NCBI GenBank assembly: GCA_023231475.1
Contig: JALJEE010002631.1
Location: 52,972 to 72,971 of the forward strand
From: Seison nebaliae
Lineage: Eukaryota
Length of the DNA: 20,000 nucleotides
Direction of reading: 5' to 3'
The notes under the pieces were generated by a model. The model was not told the origin of the DNA. It saw only the letters and a list, made by a program, of their open reading frames with translations, and ran no database searches. A program made the translations under genes and the position numbers. Shown one piece after another: positions 1 to 10,529 of this stretch. Positions within the stretch are counted from its first letter, which is position 1. Each line of letters starts with the position of its first letter.

Positions 1-352
1 AATCTTTCTCCGTCGAATAAATTAGTTTTCTAAATTTCAATGAAATTCCATTCAATTCCAAACATTCCCCATTCATCCAATTACAAAGACTTAAAAGCAC
101 TTTTAAAATTTTTTTATTTGAACAATTTATAAGTAAATGTTAAACTTCGATTTTCCGTACTGAATTCATTCGATCTTAAATGACGTAAATTTCTCAAGTC
201 ATTTTCCAATTTCTTCTTATCTGACTGTTCCACTTGAAGCAATTTGATCAAACTTCTTCCACTTCTGTTTGTCATCATAATTTTTCATATTTACAATATA
301 TACGATAGACAAACCTTTTCAAAACTTTCTTCGGTCCATCTACTTGATCCAT
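1..352 (-). CDS. 5' part of an uncharacterised protein (helical, possibly BAR-like); runs off the window edge
   Basis: Exons 352-315, 264-146, 99-<1 joined by GT-AG introns 314-265 (50 nt, gtttgt..acag) and 145-100 (46 nt, gtttaa..aaaag) give an open frame MDQVDGPKKVLKRSGRSLIKLLQVEQSDKKKLENDLRNLRHLRSNEFSTENRMLLSLCNWMNGECLELNGISLKFRKLIYSTEKD. Start codon and family uncertain. Confidence 0.55.
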
Positions 353-869
353 ATTCTTTTTAGAATGAAATCCAAGATCTTTGGTACAATGGCTTCGGTC
401 TTTCGAGCTTCATTTTCAAACGAAAATTTATTGTAAAACTATTCATTTATTAAATATTTCATCATCTCATTCCCATCAAAACAAATTTGAATATTATTCT
501 TCTCCTGACAATTTAGTTTCATGAATAGAGTTAAAGTTATTTTTTCTTATTTAAAATCCGAATCTAATAAAATTAATATTTATCGAAATTTATACAATTG
601 TGAAATAGTTTTATAATATTTTCCCCATAGTTTCTAACTATTAAATCACAATTATTTTTCGGAAAGAAAAGAGATAACTAATTAATTTACGCTGATTTAT
701 TGCGAAAAGATAATGAAAAATAATATATTGTACAAAAAGGAAAAATTAGCAATTTAATTTCTTAAATAAACTTAAGAGAAATAAAATAATTGTAGAACTG
801 AACAGATACGGTATATAATAATAAATTTTGAAATTCATTCAACTTTTAATGTTCAACTCTTCGACAAGT

Positions 870-3732
870 TCAATTCTTCTCGAATACTTTCCCATTAATC
901 AAACCATCAACAATTGGCAATGGTTTCGAGTTGTCACTAATTTCTAATAAAGCAATCATTGGTTCACTCATAGAAGGTAGACCTTCGATTTTACTTTTAA
1001 AAAAATATCTAAAAATAAATAAAGTGAATATTTGTGAGAGTGGTGAGAATGAATGAAACCTGTAGTTACCTTTCTTTGGAAGGATTTTTATGAAATCAGA
1101 TAAATATGGTTTGGAATAGAATGTCATTTGAGAGACATAAGGAAACTCTTCATTCGGCATATGATATAATACTTTAGCGTCACTCATCAATTGCCGATCT
1201 TCCATTTTCTTTGTACTACCCAAACCAGCATTTCCAGTGTTCAACGATGAACCAACTGCCGAATCCATATTAACGAATAATTGTGAAGAGATACCGGAAT
1301 CATGACTCAATTTATGATGAGATCGTGGTTCAGAATTCATCGATTTATTATTATTGTTGTTATTGTTTGTGAATTGATTAGCGAACATAGATTGTTGTCG
1401 ATTGTATTTTGGAGTAAATTTTAAATAATCTTCATGAGACTCAATGAAATTAGAATTTCCATATTGATTAGTTTTCTCTTTCGTTTCATTCATTAATTCT
1501 TCTTCTTCATTATAAATAATTTTCGAATCATTCTCATCATTGTGACAGAGAACTTGATCATAATGTTCATTCAGAATATTCTCCGCATCTTGATTTATAT
1601 CAACTTTCTCTTTATTTTTCTTATTCTTCTCTTCATCATCTGCTGTCAACATCAAATCATCATTATTCAAAAGAAACGGTGCCATTGATACACCAGCATC
1701 TAATTCATGGGAAGACGAATCGTTTTGCATTTTAGATATTAAAGTTGTTTCTTTTTTCTCTTCTCCAATCATCGTACTATTGAAGAAATCGTTAGTGAAC
1801 GATGTTTGCTGATCCAAATGTTCTTCATCCTCATTCGTTTGTGTCTTCACTTCACTTAATCGATCACTTAAAATTTTCGCGAATAAATTTGGATTAGTTC
1901 TCGCTATCCGATAATGATAATCGTTCGACTGAAAAATAATTAGAATATTTTTCAGATATTTTTTAACAAATTAATTAACTTCACTTCCTTCAACTTTTTC
2001 CTTCTCTTCTTTCAACACATCAGTAATCGTTGAGGTTACCCATTTTCTGTTAGAAGCGTCACTCGAATAACCGTCAGTTGTATCATCTTTTCTGTAAAAA
2101 CAAAGAGAATTAATTTCAGAATAAATATTTTCTGAATTTTTTGAAAATTATTTTTAGTTCAAGTTCCAAAAATTCTCTACTAAACAATCGATAATTGATA
2201 TAGTTAACGAAATTTTGTGGATCGTTGAGAACGATGGCACGAGCTTTCGCATTTTGACGGAATGTTTTCGATAAGACGTTCCTTATACATTCTTCGTCCA
2301 CATCCATTTGCATCTTAAGAAACCTTTTTATTTTTTTTCACTTCAACAAAATTTTCACTTTATTATCTATTATGAAATTATGAAATTTGCTTTAGAAGAA
2401 AAATAGGAAGATCCATTTGAATTTAAATGAATTTGGAATTTATTCTTCTTATAGAAACTTCCTTTCATCTTCTACTAGCCAGAGAAAAGTTATGATAAAT
2501 TAAATTTTTCTTGCCCACATCAGCAACATTTCCTTAACTATTCTAATTTCATCAAACAAACGGAGATTAAGGTTCTCGTTCTTCACCAATGGAAAATAAT
2601 TAGTAAATAAACAACCTCTTCAACTTATTCAAAAATTTTCGAAAACTTTTGAATAAAAAATAGGAAAGAAAAGAACTAACATGATATTATCTAAATGATC
2701 CAGCGAGTCTAATGAAGTGAGATCACTTCCGATTCGTGAAGTGAAATGTGGATAGAATGACGTCGATAATTTCGCTTGGTCATTTTTCTTATTCATCGAA
2801 TATCGAAATGCTTCATGATCTGACATGACGCCATTGTCCATTGTGTCCAGTTTCTTTTGACGAAGGAAATTGAAATTTATTGGTTTCTGCTTCCGATTCT
2901 TATTAGACAATTTCTCCATTAATCGATTCCCAAATGACGTGCATTCTGTATCAGTCATAACACCATGATCATTAACTAAATGATTCTTTAGAAACATCTT
3001 TGTCTTCATTTTATTCTTATGAATTTCCGGTTTCTTCACATTCTCATTCATTAGGAACTTTTGCGAGAATTTCTCATTGTAAATTTTTAAGAATTCATCT
3101 AAAATGTTATCGTTCCAATATGTTATCAAATCAATAATGACTTCATTAAAAATATCGTTCGTAAATCGACGATGACGAATATTATCAACGAGTTTATGTT
3201 TCGTATCGTTTCTCATCCATTTTCCAACATGGAAATTCTTATGAATATTATTTCGATAAATATTTTTTATTAATGATTTCGATTCCGTCGTACATGTTCT
3301 CCCACGATATTGCATTAATTTTTTGATTGAACAAAAAATTGTCAATTCCGAACTTGCACCACATTTTTTTACATAATTCTTAAATTCCTGCCATTTCGAT
3401 GGATTATTTATTACATCGATAATTAACGATAATTTTTCTTTATTTGCTGATCGATTTATAAAACAAATGATATCGATATCATCATTCTCGTTTTCATCAG
3501 GAAAGTTCGGTTTGAATTGATTGTCATTAATTGTAATGAAACTACAATCACTCATTTCAATATCATCCAACATTTCGCTTGATGCTAAACGTTTACTACA
3601 ATTCAGTATTTCATTTCTCTCACAATCGGAATGTACGGGAAGAGATCGAGTGGATTCTATATGAATTGTTTTCGCATTAATTTCCGTCGGATACGAAGGG
3701 AAACAACGATCTGATCTTGTAAATTCAAACAT
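870..3732 (-). CDS. Axin: Axin homologue (Wnt/beta-catenin destruction complex scaffold), ~769 aa, 5 exons
   Basis: Exons 3732-2681, 2323-2186, 2091-1980, 1928-1060, 1008-870 are phase-consistent (2310 nt). RGS-like domain (IIDVINNPSKWQEFKNYVKK...IKNIYRNNI...DIFNEV...WNDNILDEFLK); GSK3-helix-like NPNLFAKILSDRL (cf. EPQKFAEELIHRL); beta-catenin motif DAENILNEHYDQV (cf. PESILDEHVQRV); C-terminal DIX (VLYHMPNEEFPY...LPKKGNYRYFFK...LPIVDGLINGKV). The acceptor of exon 2 is the least certain boundary. Confidence 0.9.
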
Positions 3733-4991
3733 CTCTTTTCGCTTAAAAAACTGAAATTTTTTTAATCTAATAAACAAAAGAAAATAAATAATTTTAATTA
3801 TTTAAAAAATTTTCTTCTATTTTCGATTTTATGACTAGAAATTACCAGCAACTGATAATCGTCTTCATTGAAAGTTTGTACTTAAACGAGATTCTCTCTC
3901 TAACGTTTGGGAAAAGATGTGATGGAAAAACCATACGACTTATATTATACATCTCTATTCAGACTATATTTCTCTTTCTAAATTCATTTAATTTTTTCAT
4001 ACAATTTCATTAGTCGTCTGTCGTTGTGAGAATCAATTCTTTGCATCATTCAATGGATTATAGAGTGCTTCCATTCCTATACGTGTACCAAATAGTGTAC
4101 CGTCGAATTGAGATAGAAATGGAAATGTCTAACGGTACGTTAACTCCTCGTTCAATAATCCAATAGAACTTTTCTTTTATTTCCAAATCATAATTGGTTA
4201 ATATCTGTATATTTATCAATTAACTAGACTAATAGGAAAAATGTATGGAAATAGAAATTCAGTCAAATGTTTTTCTCTAAATTCTTTTAATTCTTTTTCC
4301 TACTTGCTTTTATCTGCCTACGATGCATTTCATTGTCCTTTGAAATTCTTTCATTGTAAACTTCCGACAATTGACTTCTAATGTGTTCGGTATAAAAGTG
4401 CGAGTTGTTTCATATTGACATATTATTCCTTTTCACGTTTCCTCTGTCACAGGGGCTTTTCCCTTTCATTGTCTTATCTTTTCCCCGCTAATGCCGACAC
4501 TCAATTTAGACGGTCAACGAATTAACCGTTACAAAGCCCTCTTATCTATGTGAACTGAATACTGTTGGGATAGATTGATGACAACATGCAATATGTTCAC
4601 AAAAAATCAGTAGAACAAGAAAGAATGAAAGTGATTATTCAAACGGGAATTCCATGTAATAAATGTTAGTGTTCACCGAAGAACAAAGATCAAAATAATA
4701 GTCGTAATTTTAAAAAAAGAAGTAATTTAAAATTAAAAAAAAATGTTTTGTACTTGATGGATGAGAAACAGAAAATGGAATGTTTAGTAAATTATTCTCT
4801 TGAATTGATCTGTCCAAACTGGATAAAAATGGAAAAAATGAGAAATTTCTTGGAAGGAACAATTATTGTCATATTCGATGAATGCAAAGAAAAAGAAAAT
4901 CTAACATAAGTTAATTTTTTTAATTTCTAACAAATTTCTCATACTAAAATTCAAATTGCTGACAGTTCTTTGTTTTTTATAATATTATACC

Positions 4992-7900
4992 TTATCGATA
5001 CTTCTTACGATGGATCGGTTTGGGAATGGCGTTTTGCCAGTAATTTGCACTTAGGCCAATTTCGTAATTATTCGAAGCATCCACTAAATGAGCAGGAAGT
5101 CGTTTTCCACTATTTTTTTCATCGGAAAATTGTTTTTTCTTATTGTCCTTCCCTCCATCCATGTTCGTGTTTATTGCAGTGTTTTTATTCATTGCACCGT
5201 TAACACTTACATTTGGGACATTATTTCCATCAATACAAGTATCGACAACTCTTTTCGTACTACCGTCATTATCGTTGGGTAAGTTGGCGATGGAGAATGG
5301 CATTCCTTTGATTTGTACTGGAGGTTGATAAAATGAACCACCAGCATTGGCTTTCCTAAATTTCTTTTCTTCCATCATGTGTGGAGGCTTGATGTGTTTA
5401 GCGCGTGTCCCGTTACCAACATAATCCGGCCAATTCTTCATGTAATGATCGAAGTGACGGTTTGATAAATTTGCTTTATGTCTCGCCATTTCCAATTCAT
5501 CAATGAACATGATATCTTCATCTGAACCACGTTCTGTCCGATGTTTCCCATATTGATCTGGATAAATTTTTGTAGCATTTGAATCACTATCAGGATTAAT
5601 GAACTTTATATGGTTTACCAAGTTCTTGGGCAATTCTAAACCTTTAGCAAAGGCAACACGTTGACCATATTCGGTGGCATCGTTTGCCATATCCAGTTTC
5701 ATTTCTTGCGATTTAATGACCGTTATATCTTTTTGAGTCGAGTCCTGAACATCTTGACTAATGAAACCGATGGATGATGTCTTCATTTCAGCAAAATGCA
5801 TTTTATCATTTTGATGGTCATTTGTGGGTGTTTCCGTTTTATCTTTCTCCGATTGAATATTATTATTTGTTTGACTTACATCAGTGGAGATCTCGTCTGT
5901 TTGTGCGGAATTATTCGATACTTTCTCTTGTTTGTTCGTTGCCTGTTGACTACTAAATGTTTCTTGAGTACTTGGTATAATATCATTGCCAGTATATTTT
6001 GGTCGGCCTTCACTTGTTGGTTCGTCGGAGATTTTGGAAGAAGTAATTTCCGTTGATTCGATTTCCATCAATTCCTTTTTATTCTTTGTTATATGAATTT
6101 CAGAAGCTCGATCATGTTTCGGATATTTGTTGAACGATTGATCGTCACCTTCAGCTTCTCCACCAGCTGTAAAGTCGTCATGATTTTCATTATCATCTTT
6201 TTGTATTTCTTCATCAACCGGTTTATCTTCAACCGATTTATCATCAACTGGTTTCTCATCCATCGATTTATCATCTACCGGTTTATCATTAAAATCATTA
6301 GTAACTGGTTCTTCAACAATTTCTTTTTGTTCCTCGTTTTCGTCAACAAATAAATCACCTTCCTCATCTGATTGCGATAGATTGAGTTCACTAGTAAAAA
6401 CGTTTCGATTGTCTCTCGATACTTTTCGTTCTAGTCCAACTCCGTCAGGCTCGTCTTCTAAAGTAAGAGTATTCAGATCGTTATCATCAGGTGCGATCGA
6501 CAGATTTGTTTGGGTTCGATGATGATGTAATTCAATAAGAGGCGAATCAAGATTTCTGTCTTCATCACTGGTAGATTTGATCTAATGAGATATAATGAAA
6601 TTTTTGAAATTTTTATAAAGCTTAACATATTCAGTTGTTTCGTTATCCATGACCGATGCTTTGTTGAAAACGAGTTTAATATTCTAAAACATAAATAAAT
6701 TAAAGAGAAAAGTGAACTAAAATTTAATTTTAAAAGAAATCGAACTTCACTATCTACCATTGCGTCGCTATTATTGAAGTGGATAGGAAGAAATTATAGA
6801 AGTAAATGTTTTATATACTAACTCGTAATCCTAAAAAGGAGAATTTGATTTAATAAGAATTTTATTTAAAAATTAACATCTAGTGTGGAGGCGGATTTTA
6901 ACTTTCTTGGAATGCTTATCTCAGAATTGTAATAACTACTGGCGGATGGGAGGAAATTCTGAAATTACATAATTGATCAAATTTATTATTCATATTTCTC
7001 TCTGTTCAACTAACTGCAGACATGGGTATTGGACTCTACACACGACAAGACAAAGATTAGAATAATTATTAATTATTATTAATATTAACTTGTTGGAATG
7101 ACGTTATCTAATTCAATTAAAATAATTTATAGAAAGCAATTTGATAAAAAATGACTAACATCATGTTGGATAATATTCATTTCTGTCGCATCACGTGATA
7201 ATATACTGGCGGAACTACGAGTCAAAATCGATCCGCTTTTTTGAGAAGTTTCAACTTTTTCAAATTTTTTCTCTCCCCCACTGGTTGTCTCTTCTGGTTC
7301 TTTATATTTCTTCTGATGTAGATGTTCGCACGGACAAGTACAATTTTGGCATGTGCAAAATGTTATGTTTTCTATGGCATCCTCCAATTCCACATCGTTC
7401 ATGTTTAACAACGTTTGCACATGAGTTTGAGTTTCTGCGTGACTCTTTCTCATGTCTCGACTAATAAACTCCAAATATTTTCTGAGCCTTTCCCGCTCCG
7501 GTAAATGGGATGTTTCTTCAATATTCATTTCTTTCAATTGTTGTAGTTTCTTTCCAATTTCACATTGACACTCACAATTCTTACAACTACAACCAAGCTT
7601 GTTTGTCATTGAAGGAATGTTTTCGGCTGAACGTTGATCTGATTCTAAAGTTTTAGATTGAAATCGTCCATAATCACTTTCTAAACGTCATTTGAGAAGT
7701 ATTATTCTTATTAGTTACTTAAAATTTTATTCTAACCTACGGGTAATGCTAAAGAATTTGTAAAAAAGAAAGTTTATTGAAAAGAATTTAAAATATTAAC
7801 AGGGTGATTCGGCTCCCATAACTTTCTGTGAACTTGGTCTTGTCGGTTCATAAATGTTATTGATAACTTGATTATCTTTTTGTTTTTCCTTTTCATTCTC

Positions 7901-9423
7901 TTGTTCTGTAAGAATTGGGATAGGAATGAATAAAATATATTTGAATTCTGAAGAACTTGATTTTCGGCTTTGAGGAATCTTGCCAAAACCTTCCAATGTT
8001 CCATTTTTGTCATTAAAGAGTTTGCTCATTTTATCTCCGTAAATGTTAGTGAAATCAAATGTATCTTTACTCTTCGGTCGTTGTAGATAGACATGATTAC
8101 CTTTCGAGTTCTTTGTCAATTTAGTTCTGTTATTAAAGTTTATCATATTTTCCCCAAATTTACAATTACTAACTTACAAGAAATTGGTACATGGAATGTT
8201 CTGAAATGAATATTAGAGAAATAGGAAAAATAAATTAATTGTTGACGGTGGTCGTTTCACATTGCGTCGTGGAGCACAGTCATAATTTCTTCCGAGATAT
8301 CTTCTCCATCTTGGAGATAAACTTTTATCTTTCATCGCTGCTCTGTTAATCATTGAAAGAAGAATTGATTAACAAGAAATTCGAGAATTAAACTCAAATA
8401 CTTCATGTTTCTTCCATATCTCATATAAGTTACTAGTATTATCCATGACTCGTTTCCTCCAATCTCCAAAACGTCGATAGGCGGTATAATCGAAGTTCCT
8501 TAATTTAGTAGTCTCCCGTTCTAGAAATGTTCGTTCAAATGCCATCGGATGGGTGCCCAAACGATTTCTACAGAAAGGAAATTTTAATATTTAAAATTCA
8601 TTTAAACTGTCTCTGGAAGTCTCTCATCATTGAGAGTTCATATTGTAAATAAGAATTTCTCATCGGTCTTGAACGAAATCCTTTTGTAGCTGTATGAACT
8701 TTAGTGAATCTCCTAAAGAAATGGTCAAATTTTCAGTATATTTAAATAATTCATCCTTAACTTATTTGAGTCTACGCTCACCGGGTTATCACAACAAACA
8801 CAATGGTATCGGACTAGTTGTTTAGTTGTTCCTCCAATTTGACCATCCTCATTTTGACTAATTGCTTGTTTTTTCTTTAAAAATTTTAAAAAATATTCAA
8901 ATTATTTAAAAGAAAAATTAAAGAAAAACCAAAGCAGATTGTATGAGAGATAATTCATCTTCTATCAATAATTGTAGTTTCGTTATATCGGGTTTATTCA
9001 TTTTATTTTCCAATTCTCTTTTTAATGTTAATGCTGATTCTTCCCATTGTCCGGTCTGTTAAACGTTCGTTATTTCAAGAACTTTCCTTAAAATTATTCA
9101 TAAACTTTTTCTTTTATCTTCTCGCTCAATTGATTGAGAATATTTACAGTTTCACGTTCAGGAACTTCGTCTTCTGCTTGCTTCTCGATCATTACTTGTT
9201 TCAAATTCTCCAATTCCTTCCAAATGAGTTGGAGAAAATAATAAATTTGGGATAAACTTCTAATCTCTGATAGACGTTGGATTGCATCTCGGTCACAACT
9301 TCTTCCAAAGACGGTTCATCTTTTTTAAATTTCTGAAAATGTTTCTGTTCGCCATGGAAAATGTTGGTTAAATAGAAGAAAAAAGAAAGAAGAATCTGCA
9401 ACTTTGGATGTAGCGGTATCCAT
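4992..9423 (-). CDS. DUF4795 / QRICH2-C16orf96-like coiled-coil protein with a long low-complexity C-terminal extension, ~1171 aa, 19 exons
   Basis: Exons 9423-9403, 9344-9258, 9216-9106, 9055-8930, 8874-8762, 8712-8608, 8567-8394, 8342-8247, 8200-8174, 8126-7801, 7748-7737, 7680-7160, 7107-7090, 7035-7015, 6958-6878, 6830-6823, 6767-6746, 6683-6627, 6581-4992 splice in frame (3516 nt) through 40-62 nt GT-AG introns. Motifs GQWEESALTLKRELENKMNK, GGTTKQLVRYHCVCCDNPV (cf. AAGIRRQLLAHFHCLSCDRPL) and YLQYELSMMRDFQR resemble DUF4795 proteins. It could be two adjacent genes, but no stop interrupts the model. Confidence 0.65.
6213..6287 (-). repeat. Coding tandem repeat, 5 x 15 nt (DKPVD DKSMD EKPVD DKSVE DKPVD)
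   Basis: GATAAACCGGTAGAT / GATAAATCGATGGAT / GAGAAACCAGTTGAT / GATAAATCGGTTGAA / GATAAACCGGTTGAT on the minus strand, with alternating P/S units giving a 30-nt higher-order period. Confidence 0.85.
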
Positions 9424-9531
9424 ATTAAGAAAATGTCTTTAGTAAATTCAAAATGAAAAATTGATGAAAGATTTTTTATTTCAATTTTCTTAATAATCTG
9501 AATAGATAGGAAATGAAATCAGAATTCTTCG

Positions 9532-10392
9532 TTAAATTTTGCATTTAGCGGCATTTAATGAACGTTTATTAACTCTATAAAATTGTATCAAGAAATTGAT
9601 CGGTACTGAATGAATATCAGCAATTGTAAAGAAATGTTGATAAGTATGGCGAGATGGAACGGCTAACCCGATTAAATTCCATATATTTGGTTGAGTTTTA
9701 TACGAACAATAAATTGGTGAGGCCTGATCACTATGCTCCACTAATTTGCTATATCCTTTATATTTGAAGCAATGAATTTCGTTCAATCTCGTCAAATTCT
9801 TCCCTTCTGAATCTTTCTTACAAGTATAAAATGTTTGGATTTCGATCGCATAATTATGAGGAACTATCATACTTTTATATCTCGAATCAGTCCATGGTTG
9901 TATGAAACATTTATCTACCGTGTTATCTCTCTCTGGTTTCAAATTTAAACAAACCGGATGTAAATCACTTGTTTCTTTCGGCATGTTCACTAATGGCAAT
10001 CGACATGGTAAGAAGAGGAAACAAACACCACCTAAAGCATTTGTACAAATTCGATCTTGAATAAACCAATCTTTCTTTGGTCGATTTTTGATGAAAACTC
10101 GCAAAGTTGCCAAATAGTAACGACTAACACATGAAATGGATGTCATGATTAATTGTTCGTGAACGATTGCACCACCACAAATAGTTTTACCTGCAAATTT
10201 TATGGTAACATCCCAAGGCCAATCATAAATCGGCTGATATTTCTCATCCGTAATTTTGTCTGTGGTTAAAACGGAATTGCTTATTGAACTTTTGCCACAA
10301 CTCTTCGGAAATGGCCGAAACCATTTAAAACTTTTCGATTCTCCATCAACCACAATACAGATGAGAATGACAAATATTAAATATGTTTTCAT
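9532..10392 (-). CDS. Secreted trypsin-like (S1) serine protease homologue, probably catalytically inactive; intronless
   Basis: Signal peptide MKTYLIFVILICIVVDG; SCG prodomain Cys; WPWDV, ICGGAIV, HPVCL, SPIYC and WNLIGL motifs of the chymotrypsin fold. TAAHC is replaced by TSISC and GDSGGP by SDQASP. Confidence 0.85.
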   Translation of the reverse strand: MKTYLIFVILICIVVDGESKSFKWFRPFPKSCGKSSISNSVLTTDKITDEKYQPIYDWPWDVTIKFAGKTICGGAIVHEQLIMTSISCVSRYYLATLRVFIKNRPKKDWFIQDRICTNALGGVCFLFLPCRLPLVNMPKETSDLHPVCLNLKPERDNTVDKCFIQPWTDSRYKSMIVPHNYAIEIQTFYTCKKDSEGKNLTRLNEIHCFKYKGYSKLVEHSDQASPIYCSYKTQPNIWNLIGLAVPSRHTYQHFFTIADIHSVPINFLIQFYRVNKRSLNAAKCKI

Positions 10393-10529
10393 CGTTTTTA
10401 TCAATGGAATGCTATGGCGCAAATGTTCGTTGAACAATGAGAAAAGAACTTGAATAATTGGGGATAGTATTCATTATAAATACATAAACTTTTATGAGTT
10501 ATTAGAAGTTTGTTGAAATATAAAATTTA

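Noticed and set aside
1344..1368. AAC/AAT run
   Set aside because: Ordinary poly-Asn low-complexity tract within the Axin coding sequence.
2530..2620. Possible additional Axin exon within the 357-nt intron
   Set aside because: A phase-compatible path exists but encodes nothing Axin-like; cannot be supported without cDNA.
4337..4688. TCF/LEF-like sites (CCTTTGAA 4337-44, AACAAAG 4682-88) upstream of Axin
   Set aside because: Biologically attractive (Wnt feedback), but such AT-rich 7-8-mers are expected by chance here.
4970..6353. Plus-strand ORFs of 60-86 aa and the minus-strand 6089-6274 ORF
   Set aside because: Antisense or alternative-frame shadows of the large coding exon and its repeat.
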